From: Candidatus Kapaibacterium sp.
GTDB taxonomy: Bacteria > Bacteroidota > Ignavibacteria > Kapaibacteriales > UBA2268
DNA: 64,000 bases
NCBI GenBank assembly: GCA_937927515.1
Contig: CALBDO010000019.1
Span: 2,313 to 66,312 of the forward strand
Direction: 5' to 3'
Shown in pieces: positions 18,477-29,302 of the stretch (its first letter is position 1; each line of letters begins with the position of its first letter). The translations under genes and the position numbers were made by a program. The notes beneath the pieces are model-generated. The model searched no databases. It saw nothing but the letters and a program-made list of their open reading frames with translations, and was not told the DNA's origin.

Positions 18477-19862
18477 CTATTTTTTATCAAAAATTGCTTT
18501 TTGTTTAGAATAAATTTCGGACTCCACCTCGGATACAATACCTTGCTTGATTTTTCGGTCGAGGAGGAAAAGAAACAAAATTAAAATTAGTAAGTAAATA
18601 GCAGTAAACAAAATAAGAGAAAACCAAACGCTCCCAGGAGTTAAAGTTTTCGATATGGCATCGGATGTTCGCAATAGTCCATAAACAATCCATGGTTGCC
18701 GACCAACTTCGGCAGTAATCCAACCAGTTTGATTGGCTAAATGTGGTAGAACAACACCAAATACTAAAACCCAAAGAAACCACTTGGTAGTCCAAAGTTT
18801 ATTTGTCATCCAAAGTAAAATTCCAATGATTGAGATTAGTATGAATAAAAAGCCCAAGGCTACCATTATGTGAAAACTTTGGAAGACTAAATTAACTGGT
18901 GGTCGCTCTGACGGAGAGTATTCAGCTAAACCCTTTACGGGCTTTGAAGTATCAAAATAAATCAACCAACTAAGTAGGCCGGGAATTGCGATGTTATATT
19001 TCACTTTTTGTTCTTTTTCATCTACCCAACCAAAAATGTTGAGAGGCGCATAGGCTTTGGTTTCAAACAAGCCTTCCATGGCAGCAAGTTTTGTTGGTTG
19101 ATTTCGTGAAACCCCAACTGCACTTGAATGCCCGGTAATCACTTGCATAAGCGAAGCAATAATGGCAATGACCAAACCAATCTTTACTGCAGATTTTGCA
19201 TGTTCCAGGTGACGATTCTTTAAAATGAAATAAGCTGAAATGCTTAAAATTAGAAATGCACCAGTTACCCAAGATGCGAATATCGTATGCGTTAGCCTAT
19301 CAATAGTTGATGGATTAAAAACCACCTGCCAAAAATCAACTATTTCGGCACGAGCAACAATAGTATCTCCAACTTGACGAGTGACGATGTGATGTCCTGC
19401 AGGTGTTTGCTGCCAAGAGTTTGCCACCAAAATCCAAACAGCACTTAAATGAGCACCAAATGTTACTAAAATCGTGGAGATAAAGTGGGTACGTGGTTTA
19501 ACTTTGTTCCAACCGAATAAAAGAATCGCAAGGAAACCAGATTCTAAGAAGAATGCAAATATCCCTTCTGCAGCTAATGCACTTCCAAAAACATCACCAA
19601 CGAATCGTGAATATGTTGCCCAATTAGTTCCAAATTGGAACTCCATTACAATACCAGATGCTACACCCATTGCGAAGATAATTCCAAAAATTTTTACCCA
19701 GAAACGTGTCAGCTCTTCCCACTTCTTATCTTTTGTCTTTAAGTACATACCCTCCATTATAATTAATCCTATACCAAGACCAATGCTCATAGGGGGATAA
19801 ATAAAATGGAAAGCTGCGGTTATGGCAAACTGAATGCGCGAAAGAAGTTCTACCTCGCCCAT
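18477..19862 (-). CDS. cydA: Cytochrome bd ubiquinol oxidase subunit I
   Basis: SRIQFAITAAFHF, GIVMEFQFGTNW, EGIFAFFLES, QPTKLAAMEG, FHIM and EVGRQPWIVYGLLRT. Confidence 0.97.
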   Translation of the reverse strand: MGEVELLSRIQFAITAAFHFIYPPMSIGLGIGLIIMEGMYLKTKDKKWEELTRFWVKIFGIIFAMGVASGIVMEFQFGTNWATYSRFVGDVFGSALAAEGIFAFFLESGFLAILLFGWNKVKPRTHFISTILVTFGAHLSAVWILVANSWQQTPAGHHIVTRQVGDTIVARAEIVDFWQVVFNPSTIDRLTHTIFASWVTGAFLILSISAYFILKNRHLEHAKSAVKIGLVIAIIASLMQVITGHSSAVGVSRNQPTKLAAMEGLFETKAYAPLNIFGWVDEKEQKVKYNIAIPGLLSWLIYFDTSKPVKGLAEYSPSERPPVNLVFQSFHIMVALGFLFILISIIGILLWMTNKLWTTKWFLWVLVFGVVLPHLANQTGWITAEVGRQPWIVYGLLRTSDAISKTLTPGSVWFSLILFTAIYLLILILFLFLLDRKIKQGIVSEVESEIYSKQKAIFDKK

Positions 19863-19967
19863 AACAGCCCCTTAAATTTTAAATATTACCAAATAGTAAT
19901 TTAAAAAAATTTTTTGAATAACAATATATATTTTAGCAAATTTGAATTTAACAAACTCAATATCAAA

Positions 19968-22223
19968 ATGAACGATTTTTTGAAAAATTTTTTCTCCAAC
20001 ATCGAGAGAAGAGAAAAGAAAATTGTGCGCGAGGCAATTAAATTTGAAAGTTTTTTAAATTTAATTCAAGAGCGCCCAGAGTTTTATTTACGCGACATTT
20101 TTCAATTCTTCTACGACATGATATTTTATTTTGTCAAGCCAAAGAAAAAAAACAAGAATACCTTCAAGAATGATAGTTTCCAAGAGTATGATTTTGATGC
20201 TTTATTCGTAGAAAATTGTGAAAATCCTTTTTTTGCAGACCCCGTGTTCAGCGAGAGATTTATTGAATTAGTCAAAACTTTTAAGAAAAGAACTCTTCAA
20301 AATCACTTAATTCTTTTCGAAGGACCACCAGGAAGCGGAAAATCTACATTTCTAAATAATTTGGTAAGCAAAGTCGAGGATTATGCAAGAAGCGAGGAAG
20401 GAGCATTATTCAAGACCTATTGGAAAATTAACATTCCTGAAATTTTACAAGCTCTTGAAAGATATGGTTTCTCTAATGTATACTTTGAAGAGGACCAGCA
20501 AAATTTTTCAAATATACCCGAGATTAAAAAAGACATTAATAAGCGTCAGTCTCTTGATTTCTCTTGTCCACGATTTGACCACCCGATACTCCAGATACCA
20601 AAAAATCTTCGACACGACTTTTTAGATAAACTCATCCAGGACAAAAAATTTAAGAAAAGACTTTTTGAAGACACTGAATTTGAATGGATTTTCAAGGACA
20701 ATCCTTGTAACATTTGTTTGTCTCTTTACGACATTTTATATGATAGGCTTCACGATGAAACCAAAGTTTTCGACATGATTTTTGCTCGTCGAGCGGTTTT
20801 TCGACGTTTGTTCGGAGTCGGAGTTAGTGTTTACAATCCAAGTGACCCAATCTTTTTAGAACCTAAGACAAACATTTTTGTTCAAGAATATCTTCGTACT
20901 TTACTACGTACAGACAACATTGAATTTATTTACTCCGACCTTGCGCTTACAAACAATGGAATTTACGCATTGATGGATATTAAAGAAAAAAACTTAGAAA
21001 GATTGCGGCGTTTACACGGCATAATAAGCGATGGCATTCATAAAGTTGGGACTATCGAGGAGAGAATTAAATCCATGTTTATCGGTCTTGTCAACCCAGA
21101 GGATAAAGACAAGTTCGAGGGGATTCCATCGCTAAAGGATAGGATAATCTATGTCAAAATACCATATGTATTAGACTACAAGACCGAAATCTCAATCTAC
21201 AAAGATAAATTTGGCGAAGAAATTCAAAAATTATTTATGCCACACGTGTTGGAAGTCTTTTCGAAATTGATAATCGCAACACGTCTCGAAAAAGGTAGCA
21301 AAGCATTGAAACGTTGGATATCCGAACCCTTGAAATACGATAAATTTTTAGATAACGACTATTTAATATTGAAATTATTCATCTACTCCCGTGAAATTCC
21401 AAATTGGCTCGACGATTCCGACGTAAAAAAATTAGATGCAGAGCTTTTCAATGAAATTTATCGTGAATCTGAATTTGATGGATTCAAAGGAATCTCAGGA
21501 AGACAATCATTGCAGTTATTCAGCGAATTCCTGGAAAAGTATTCCGATGAACACCAGATATTCACCTTGGACAAAGTGATTAGCTTTTTTGTGAATAGTG
21601 AATCGCCAGATGCAGTAAATATCCCCCAGAGCTTATTTGTTTTGCTTTCAAACGATTATGATTACACTGTTACTCAAGAAGTCAAAGAATCTATCTATTT
21701 CTACAATAAAGAAGAAATTGAAAACCAAATTGCAAACTACTTATATACAATAAACTTCGACATTGGTGACAAAGTTTTATGTCCATTTACTGGAGAAGAA
21801 TTAGAAGTAAGTGAAGAAAGTTTTAGAGCATTCGAGTCCTCGATACTTGGAGCAAACGCATCCCCATTTGAAATGAAAAAGTTTAGAAAAGAGAACCAAC
21901 ATATTTATGTCAACACTACATTAGCCCAAGAGATAAATGTTCAAGGAAAGGATATAAGAAACACCCAACAATTTAAAAACCTTTACAAGCGATTTACAAA
22001 TTCATTAAAAGAGAGTGCTCTCTCACCATTTTCTGAAAATATTCACTTCAAGACAGCATTAATTGAATTTGGCAAACCAAGCTTTGAAAAATACGATTCA
22101 AAAGTAAAGCGAACAGTGGAGTTTCTGATTAACAACCTGACAAAAAAATATAAGTATACACGCGACGGAGCAATACAAATTGTCCTTTATGTTATTGAAA
22201 ATAAACTCGATAAAAAGTATTAA
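19968..22223 (+). CDS. PrkA/YeaG-like AAA+ ATPase (divergent paralogue type)
   Basis: Walker A EGPPGSGKST, SCPRFDHPILQIP, C-x2-C (CNIC), a Walker-B-like GIYALMDIKE, KDRIIYVKIPYVLDY and FKGISGR. Confidence 0.8.
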   Translation: MNDFLKNFFSNIERREKKIVREAIKFESFLNLIQERPEFYLRDIFQFFYDMIFYFVKPKKKNKNTFKNDSFQEYDFDALFVENCENPFFADPVFSERFIELVKTFKKRTLQNHLILFEGPPGSGKSTFLNNLVSKVEDYARSEEGALFKTYWKINIPEILQALERYGFSNVYFEEDQQNFSNIPEIKKDINKRQSLDFSCPRFDHPILQIPKNLRHDFLDKLIQDKKFKKRLFEDTEFEWIFKDNPCNICLSLYDILYDRLHDETKVFDMIFARRAVFRRLFGVGVSVYNPSDPIFLEPKTNIFVQEYLRTLLRTDNIEFIYSDLALTNNGIYALMDIKEKNLERLRRLHGIISDGIHKVGTIEERIKSMFIGLVNPEDKDKFEGIPSLKDRIIYVKIPYVLDYKTEISIYKDKFGEEIQKLFMPHVLEVFSKLIIATRLEKGSKALKRWISEPLKYDKFLDNDYLILKLFIYSREIPNWLDDSDVKKLDAELFNEIYRESEFDGFKGISGRQSLQLFSEFLEKYSDEHQIFTLDKVISFFVNSESPDAVNIPQSLFVLLSNDYDYTVTQEVKESIYFYNKEEIENQIANYLYTINFDIGDKVLCPFTGEELEVSEESFRAFESSILGANASPFEMKKFRKENQHIYVNTTLAQEINVQGKDIRNTQQFKNLYKRFTNSLKESALSPFSENIHFKTALIEFGKPSFEKYDSKVKRTVEFLINNLTKKYKYTRDGAIQIVLYVIENKLDKKY

Positions 22224-24431
22224 TTATTTCACGATTGAACCGGGGGCGATTTCATTCATGGTGGTAACTAAAGATAGTTTTTGTCCATCTTCAGAATTTG
22301 CTGCGAGCAACATCCCATCAGACTCAATGCCCATAAGCTTTACAGGTTCAAGGTTTACTACTACTACAATTGTTTTATCGATTAGTTCCTCGGGTTTGTA
22401 ATGTTCACCTATACCAGCAACAATCTGTCTCTTTTCCATACCAAGGTCTATCACTAACCTAATTAATTTCTTAGATTTTTTGACCCTTTCCGCTTCCAAA
22501 ATTTTTGCTACCTTCAATTGTACCTTCTCGAAATCCTGGTAGGAAATTCTATTTTTTCGTTTCTCCTCCCAAATTTGTTCGGGACTTTTGCCGAGTTTCT
22601 CAATTTGTTTTTGAATTACTTTATCATCAAAATTCGGGAATAGAATGCCAGGAGACTTGATAGGCATTCCTTCGTCAAGATTAAAATATAAAATATTACT
22701 CCAAATATCTTCGGATGGCGTACCATAATTTGGCTCACCAAGATTTGGTTCTAAATTAAGAGCCTCGAATATTTTCTTGGCAGAAAAGGGTATCACTGGA
22801 GCGAAGAAGACTGCAAAGGAATACAAAAGCTGGGTACAGATGTAAAGTGTTTTGGCGCAAACCTCTGGATTGGTCTTCAAAGTTTTCCAAGGTTCCTCAT
22901 CGTTGAAGTATTTATTCGCAAATCTTGCTGAATTCATTATTTCAAATACAGCATCTCGGAATTTGAATTCTTCTAAATTTTTTGTTGCGTTTTTGAACGA
23001 TTTGGCTAATCCTTTGGCTAAGTCTATCTCATTTTGTTTCAACGTGTGAAACATGCTATAATCGAATTCAGAATTGTTTAAAAGAAGATTTATTAGTGTA
23101 TTCCACTCGTGCTTTAAAAGGATATAATTTTCGGATAAATGTGGAATTTTTCCATTAAAATTTTTCAAAACAAATTGAATAGTACGGTTGATGAAATTAC
23201 CAAATATTGCAGCAAGTTCACTATTATTGCGAAGCTGAAAATCTTTCCAGGAAAAGTCTGAATCTTTGGTCTCGGGAAGATTGCACGCAAGAGTATAGCG
23301 TAATGCATCAATTGAAGATTCGTCGGGAAAATCTTGAATAAAATCTCTCAAATCTATTGTCCAAAATCTCGACTTTGAAAACTTTTGACCTTCCAAGTTC
23401 AAAAATTCGTTGGCTGGTACATTTTCTGGAAGGATAAAGCCATCATTTCTAGCGTAGAGCAAAGCTGGAAAAAGCAAGGTATGAAAAACAATATTGTCTT
23501 TTCCAATGAAGGCAATGTAATGAGTTTTAGGATTTTTCCACCAAGATTCCCAATCAGTATTTACTTGTTCGTTTTTTTTCTCGAGTTCAATAATTAGATG
23601 TTTAGTTGCAGAGATGTAGCCAAGCACAGCTTCGAACCATACATACATTACTTTGCCTTTTGCTTTCTCTGGTTCAATCCCTTTTATACCTTCAATTGGT
23701 ATACCCCAAGATAAATCTCTTGTAATCGGTCGTTCCTTTAAACCCTCTTTCAACCAACTACGACTTTGTTGCAAAACATTCTCTTTCCAAGAGGTGGATT
23801 TGCTTTCAATATATTTCTCCATAAAATCCTGGAACAAATCGAATCGGAAGAACCAATGTGTTGTTTTCTTCACTATTGGTTTTTGACCAGTAATCATACT
23901 TTTAGGTGATATCAGCTCCAATTGGTTGTAATACGCGCCACAATTGTCACACTGGTCACCTCTTGCTTTATCGTACCCACAATATGGACATATTCCCTCG
24001 ACATATCTGTCGGGAAGAAACATATTCGCAACGGGGTCGAAGAATTGTTCTTCTTCCTTTTCAAGCAAGAGGCCTTTTTGAAGAAAATCTTCAAAAAATT
24101 CACGTGCAGTTTGATGGTGAATAGACAGGGATGTTCTACTATAGATGTCAAAAGTCATCCCAAATTTTTCAAAAGCTTCTTTGTTTGCATAATGGTACTT
24201 ATCGATTATTTCTTGTGGTGATACCTTTTCTTTCTCGGCTGCAATTGTAATTGCAACTCCATGCTCGTCCGACCCACATACCCATATTGTCGATTTCCCT
24301 TGCAATCTCAGAAATCGCACGTAAATATCGGCGGGGAGATATGCACCAGCACAATGTCCTAAATGAATATACCCATTTGCATAAGGTAGAGCAGACGTAA
24401 CTAAATATCTTTCGTAATTATTATTTTTCAT
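22224..24431 (-). CDS. metG: Methionyl-tRNA synthetase with C-terminal tRNA-binding domain
   Basis: TSALPYANGYIHLGH, GSDEHG, Zn knuckle CPYC/CDNC, KFSKS, and the C-terminal RQIVAGI...SDGMLLAA domain. Confidence 0.97.
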   Translation of the reverse strand: MKNNNYERYLVTSALPYANGYIHLGHCAGAYLPADIYVRFLRLQGKSTIWVCGSDEHGVAITIAAEKEKVSPQEIIDKYHYANKEAFEKFGMTFDIYSRTSLSIHHQTAREFFEDFLQKGLLLEKEEEQFFDPVANMFLPDRYVEGICPYCGYDKARGDQCDNCGAYYNQLELISPKSMITGQKPIVKKTTHWFFRFDLFQDFMEKYIESKSTSWKENVLQQSRSWLKEGLKERPITRDLSWGIPIEGIKGIEPEKAKGKVMYVWFEAVLGYISATKHLIIELEKKNEQVNTDWESWWKNPKTHYIAFIGKDNIVFHTLLFPALLYARNDGFILPENVPANEFLNLEGQKFSKSRFWTIDLRDFIQDFPDESSIDALRYTLACNLPETKDSDFSWKDFQLRNNSELAAIFGNFINRTIQFVLKNFNGKIPHLSENYILLKHEWNTLINLLLNNSEFDYSMFHTLKQNEIDLAKGLAKSFKNATKNLEEFKFRDAVFEIMNSARFANKYFNDEEPWKTLKTNPEVCAKTLYICTQLLYSFAVFFAPVIPFSAKKIFEALNLEPNLGEPNYGTPSEDIWSNILYFNLDEGMPIKSPGILFPNFDDKVIQKQIEKLGKSPEQIWEEKRKNRISYQDFEKVQLKVAKILEAERVKKSKKLIRLVIDLGMEKRQIVAGIGEHYKPEELIDKTIVVVVNLEPVKLMGIESDGMLLAANSEDGQKLSLVTTMNEIAPGSIVK

Positions 24432-24450
24432 TTTTTCAATCAAAAAAACA

Positions 24451-24458
24451 CAAAATTA
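24451..24458 (-). promoter_or_regulatory. Candidate -7 promoter element TAATTTTG for metG
   Basis: TAnnTTTG about 20 nt upstream of the ATG at 24431. Confidence 0.4.
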
Positions 24459-24564
24459 GGAAAAAAAGTTTAGCAAAGTTTCATCATAACAAATACTGTT
24501 CTTAATTACATAGAAACCTTGTCAAAGATTTGGTCTCGAATATGAGTGGGAAGAAATTTTTACA

Positions 24565-24969
24565 TCAAAAAAGTAGTTTTTGTTTAAATAGTTTATTAAG
24601 AACTAAAATTAAGGTTCCAATGAGTGGAAAGACAAGGAAAAGAGGACCAAGCCACAACAGTCCTCTAATAATTGCAGTGACCAACCAAAAGGAAATTGAA
24701 GACAAAAGAATAACCCAACCAGACAAAGTGGGTTTAAAGAAAAACAAAATAAAGCCAGCTAAAATACCAGTGAAGGAAACTATTTGAAAAAACAACTCGT
24801 AATTCCAGTTATTGTAGTCGTATAGGTCTTCAGTCCAGAAAAACAAAATAATAAGAGTGATGAATAAAATCGCAATAAATTTAAGGAAGTATAAAATAGA
24901 GACTCTGATAAAATCTTTTTTATTTTTGGCCCTTGTTTTACGATTATTTTTTTCTGCTGTATTTGCCAT
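24565..24969 (-). CDS. Hypothetical four-TM membrane protein
   Basis: Basic N-terminus followed by four hydrophobic segments. Overlaps the YbhB stop by 26 nt. Confidence 0.6.
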   Translation of the reverse strand: MANTAEKNNRKTRAKNKKDFIRVSILYFLKFIAILFITLIILFFWTEDLYDYNNWNYELFFQIVSFTGILAGFILFFFKPTLSGWVILLSSISFWLVTAIIRGLLWLGPLFLVFPLIGTLILVLNKLFKQKLLF

Positions 24970-25408
24970 AAAATTCACCTTCGGCGAGAATGTGTCCTTT
25001 CATAGCGCGGAGAAGTTCATCTTTTGTTGCACCGGACTTTAAATCTAAAACTGTATCTAAAGCATAGATTTTGAAAAAGTAACGATGCGTACCACTTGGT
25101 GGGCAAGGACCACCATATCCAATCTTTCCCCAACTATTCTTCCCTTGAAGGGTTCCATCGGAAAGTTTTTCCATTGGCTTGATGTTTTCGGGAAGACCAT
25201 TGGAAATCGCTGGTATGTTATAGATTATCCAGTGGACCCAAGTTCCCATAGGAGCATCTGGGTCGTCGTTAATGATAGCGATTGATTTAGTTCCTTGGGG
25301 AAGATTTTTCCAGCTCAAAGGTGGCGAAACATTTGCACCATCGCAAGTGTATTTTTGAGGGATGTAACCTTCGTGCACGAAGGCACTACTGGAAATTTCA
25401 ATCTGCAT
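24944..25408 (-). CDS. YbhB/YbcL family (PEBP/Raf-kinase-inhibitor-like) protein
   Basis: DDPDAPMGTWVHW and YGGPCPPSGTHRYFFKIYALD. GGAGG RBS before MQIEI. Confidence 0.93.
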   Translation of the reverse strand: MQIEISSSAFVHEGYIPQKYTCDGANVSPPLSWKNLPQGTKSIAIINDDPDAPMGTWVHWIIYNIPAISNGLPENIKPMEKLSDGTLQGKNSWGKIGYGGPCPPSGTHRYFFKIYALDTVLDLKSGATKDELLRAMKGHILAEGEFYGKYSRKK

Positions 25409-25596
25409 TTTTTGTCCTCCAAAAACTAACAAGAGGAAACATAAAATTAATCCGTTCATGAAATAACCAAAAAATCATTCAAATATAATAAATCTTTTAG
25501 AAACAATACTCTACACTTAGACATAACAAAAACAACAGTTACAAAAGACTTGATTTTTAACTTAACTTTTGCAAGCTAATAAATAATTTTTGAAAA

Positions 25597-26094
25597 CTAC
25601 TTATACTCTCTTAAAAATTCAAGACGGTCTTGTAACTTGTGGATTGGTACAAGCAATTTTTCTTTGCCTAATATTGCATCTTCTCGGTTTGTGAAGACCA
25701 GTTCATAATCTTTGCTCATTACAATTGCTTCCTCGGGGCAGACTTCTTCGCAAAAGCCACAATAGATGCAACGGAGCATATTTATCTCAAACTTCTCTGG
25801 ATAGCGTTCCTTGTCGCGTTCAGTTTCAGCTGCTTGAACTTCAATAGCCAATGCAGGGCATACGCGAGAGCACAAGCCACAAGCAACACATCTTTCCCCA
25901 TCTTCATCAAGCACTAATACCGGGCGACCGCGATAAGAGCCAGTCGGTTCCCATCTCTCTTCTGGATACTGTCGAGTAAACTTAGGTTTAAACATTTGCC
26001 GAAGTGTTATACCCAGACCTTTTGCGATTTCTGGGAGATACAATCTCTCCCAAAATGTAAGCCTGTCGTGTTCTGTGTTCTCTATTCTATTCAT
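25597..26094 (-). CDS. nuoI: NADH-quinone oxidoreductase subunit I
   Basis: [19 protein letters not shown] and [21 protein letters not shown]. Confidence 0.96.
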   Translation of the reverse strand: MNRIENTEHDRLTFWERLYLPEIAKGLGITLRQMFKPKFTRQYPEERWEPTGSYRGRPVLVLDEDGERCVACGLCSRVCPALAIEVQAAETERDKERYPEKFEINMLRCIYCGFCEEVCPEEAIVMSKDYELVFTNREDAILGKEKLLVPIHKLQDRLEFLREYK

Positions 26095-26111
26095 ATATTA
26101 TTTCCCGAGCT

Positions 26112-27158
26112 TTACCTTAAAAAATAAATAACGATTGAAGTAATAATCAAGTTTAACAATGCAAGAGGTAAAAGCACTTTCCAACCAAGATACATAAGCT
26201 GGTCGTAACGAAATCTTGGTACAGACCATCGAACCCAAATGAAGAAAAAAACAAAAAATAATGTCTTTATAATCAAGACGAAAAATTGCAGAAGAGATAA
26301 CCAGAATGAACCATGCTCGAGCCCTATCCACTCGGCTGGAATTGGCAGATTCCAACCACCGAAGAATAAGAGGACAATTATCAATGATGAAGTAAACATA
26401 TTAGCATATTCCGCAAGGAAAAACATACCAAACTTCATTCCGGAATACTCGGTGTTATACCCCCCAACAAGCTCGGGCTCGGCCTCGGGCAAATCAAAGG
26501 GTGCTCTATTTGTTTCGGCAAATGCCGATACCAAAAAAATTAAAAATGCAAGAGGTTGATAAAATACATTCCAATTCCACAAAGCTTGTTTTTGAACTAT
26601 TTCCTGCAATGAAAGAGACTGTGCAACAAGTAAAACACCAACTAAAGACAATCCCATGGATAGTTCGTAAGATATCATTTGTGCAGAGGAACGCAATCCG
26701 CCAAGAAGTGAGTACTTGTTGTTCGACGACCATCCAGCAAATGTAATACCATAAACGCCTACAGATGTAAGTGCAAGAATGAACAATATTCCAACATTTA
26801 CATCTGGTGTTGTTAAAGCAAAATAAACGGTTCTATTCCCCATTTCGAATGGTTCAGCAAAAGGAATAACAGCGTAAACAGATAAAGCTACCCCAAGAGA
26901 AATTACTGGAGCAATGCGATGGAACAGCTTGTCTGCAGCACTTGGCGTAATGTCTTCCTTCAAAAACAACTTAATAACATCAGCAAATGGTTGTAATAAC
27001 CCAAAAGGTCCAACCCTATTAGGTCCAATTCGATTTTGAATCCAAGCAGAAACTTTTCTTTCGAGATAAACACCAAAAGCAGCTGCAATAAGTAAAATCA
27101 AGGTTAAAATTATTATTGCTTTGATTAAAAACTCAATAATTAACAAGGACCAGTTCAT
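26112..27158 (-). CDS. nuoH: NADH-quinone oxidoreductase subunit H
   Basis: ERKVSAWIQNRIGPNRVGP, SSAQMISYE and AETNRAPFDLPEAEPELVGG. Confidence 0.97.
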   Translation of the reverse strand: MNWSLLIIEFLIKAIIILTLILLIAAAFGVYLERKVSAWIQNRIGPNRVGPFGLLQPFADVIKLFLKEDITPSAADKLFHRIAPVISLGVALSVYAVIPFAEPFEMGNRTVYFALTTPDVNVGILFILALTSVGVYGITFAGWSSNNKYSLLGGLRSSAQMISYELSMGLSLVGVLLVAQSLSLQEIVQKQALWNWNVFYQPLAFLIFLVSAFAETNRAPFDLPEAEPELVGGYNTEYSGMKFGMFFLAEYANMFTSSLIIVLLFFGGWNLPIPAEWIGLEHGSFWLSLLQFFVLIIKTLFFVFFFIWVRWSVPRFRYDQLMYLGWKVLLPLALLNLIITSIVIYFLR

Positions 27159-27171
27159 CTATATCCCTCGC

Positions 27172-28944
27172 TTATTGTGGCTTCATATAATGAGATTCGT
27201 AAATTCTAGTGGGCTTATCTGGATTATTGGCACGACCAAGAGTGACCCCAAGATGCATATCTAAAAGTTCGTATGTCATACCCTTGAATTCGTCTAAATG
27301 AGATGATATTTCTTTAAAGACATCCTCAGTTCTGTGATAATTCCAACCAGCACCCAGTTTATTTGCTAACAATTGAATCACTTCCCAACTTTGACGCAGG
27401 TCGCGAAATTCAAATCGTGTCCATCTATCATTGAAAGCCCCAAATTTATCCAAGCGGCTCATTTTCATTCCCATAAAACGCAAGTTGTTGCGAGTGACAA
27501 GAGCTGGGGTAAAATGTTGAACACGCCCATCGATGTTGACAAAAGTTCCTTCGCTTTCAGCAAAAGTTGTTACGGGAAAGACTATATCTGCCATTTGGGT
27601 GAGCGGGTTATTTATGTTATACTGATGGGTAACTAGCAAATCCAACTCGACGAGAACTTCATGTAACTCTGGAAAATCCTCAAAATCATCTTCGATAACA
27701 TATAAAGCTCTTATAGTGCCATCACGAATTAGTTGCGGTAGATGTGAAATTTTTACAGAATGAGCCTCTGGTCGAATACCAACCAATCTTGCACCTTTCA
27801 AATTGGGGGTTTTGTCGGAGCAGCGCAAGAAATCGTCCCCAAAACTCTCGTCGTAATGCTCGAGCAAATCTATATTTTTTGATTTGATTATTTCTCTTGC
27901 AAACTTGGCAAGAAGATAATTGCTTTCCACCGTTGCTTTTGCAGAGCCAATGAACATAATCTCTTCAGCTTCAAAAGGTTTTAACCTTTCAACAGCTGTG
28001 TTTATTGCATCAGTCCAATTAGTCTTTTCGAGCTTGTCTCCGACCTTTACTAACGGCGAACTAAGCCTATCATCATTTATGTATCGATATTTTAGCCTTC
28101 CATAGTCGCACATCCAAAACTTGTTTACAAATGGATTGGGTTTTGGTTCTATTCTAAGTATTTCATTATTCCTAACGCCAATTTTAATATTGCAGCCTCT
28201 GGCACAGCCATCACAAATTGAGTCGTTGAAACTCATATCCCACACACGAGATTTAAATCGAAAGTCCCGGCTTGTTAGTGCACCGACTGGACATATATCA
28301 ATGACATTCATTGAATAAGGACTATCAAACTGTGTCCCCGGATGAAGTTCGATTGTAACATGGTCACCTCGTTGAACGAATGTAAGAACATCCTGCTTGG
28401 CAATCTCCTTTGCAAAGCGAATACAACGAGAGCAAGAAATACACCTTTCAGCATCAAACAACACATTCGGTCCCCAAACGACACGCTTCGGTTTGTGGTT
28501 CTTTTCCTCGTCAAATCTACTATACCCGCGTGAATGCTTGAAGGCATATTCCTGAAGTTTACACTGGCCAGCTTCGTCACAGATTGGACAATCAAGCGGA
28601 TGGTTAATAAGCAAAAACTCCATCACAGCTTCTTGTGCCTTAATTGCTCGTTCAGAGTTAGTGCGAACATGCATACCATCGGCTATCTCAGTAGCACAAG
28701 CAATTTGAAGTTTGGGAAGATAGTTGATTACAGGGTGGTTATTAATGTCAACTTGGATTGAACCATCTGGATTTCGCTTAGCCATTCCTACTTCTACAAG
28801 ACACATTCGACAGTTGCCAGCTACAGAAAGCTCGGGATGCCAGCAAAAATGTGGTATGTCCAAGCCATTTTCAAAGGCAGCTTGTATAATGGTTTGCCCT
28901 TGTTTGGCTTCATATAATTTACCGTTAATATAAATATGCGGCAT
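27172..28944 (-). CDS. nuoG: NADH-quinone oxidoreductase subunit G (short, 590 aa)
   Basis: N1b FCWHPELSVAGNCRMC...AC, N5 HPLDCPICDEAGQC, N4 CISCSRC...CP and N7 CDGCARGC...CDYGR. Confidence 0.92.
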   Translation of the reverse strand: MPHIYINGKLYEAKQGQTIIQAAFENGLDIPHFCWHPELSVAGNCRMCLVEVGMAKRNPDGSIQVDINNHPVINYLPKLQIACATEIADGMHVRTNSERAIKAQEAVMEFLLINHPLDCPICDEAGQCKLQEYAFKHSRGYSRFDEEKNHKPKRVVWGPNVLFDAERCISCSRCIRFAKEIAKQDVLTFVQRGDHVTIELHPGTQFDSPYSMNVIDICPVGALTSRDFRFKSRVWDMSFNDSICDGCARGCNIKIGVRNNEILRIEPKPNPFVNKFWMCDYGRLKYRYINDDRLSSPLVKVGDKLEKTNWTDAINTAVERLKPFEAEEIMFIGSAKATVESNYLLAKFAREIIKSKNIDLLEHYDESFGDDFLRCSDKTPNLKGARLVGIRPEAHSVKISHLPQLIRDGTIRALYVIEDDFEDFPELHEVLVELDLLVTHQYNINNPLTQMADIVFPVTTFAESEGTFVNIDGRVQHFTPALVTRNNLRFMGMKMSRLDKFGAFNDRWTRFEFRDLRQSWEVIQLLANKLGAGWNYHRTEDVFKEISSHLDEFKGMTYELLDMHLGVTLGRANNPDKPTRIYESHYMKPQ

Positions 28945-29302
28945 ATGAAATCAAAATTTAAGTATAAAAAACTAAATTAAGAAAAAGCCTTGAAATAAAA
29001 GCAAAAGTTTTATGATTAATTGTTTCACAGATTAACTTATTCGATGTGTTAAGATAGCTAGTATTTATTAAAAGCGATTTTTTCACTATAAATTGCAAGC
29101 AAGACAATTGAATAAACATAACTTGTTTTGAGGTTAAAGTAATAGCCAAATGAAAATTTAAATAATAACAGTTCAAAGTTCACAATAGATTAGCTTAAAC
29201 ATTGGGAAGTTTACGTAATTATTCGAAAATCATTAATTGAATCCAAAAGCAATATCAACCCAACAAGAAAGAAAGCTGCTTAAAGAAACAAAAAAATTGA
29301 AA

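Noticed and set aside
24432-24564. SAM riboswitch or T-box upstream of metG
   Set aside because: The gap is short and A-rich, with no T-box (UGGNACC) or SAM-I core.
25520-25543. Second ECF-like promoter TGTAAC...TGTC upstream of ybhB
   Set aside because: The spacer is 14 nt rather than the 16 nt at 13912-13937, which is too short for the same sigma.
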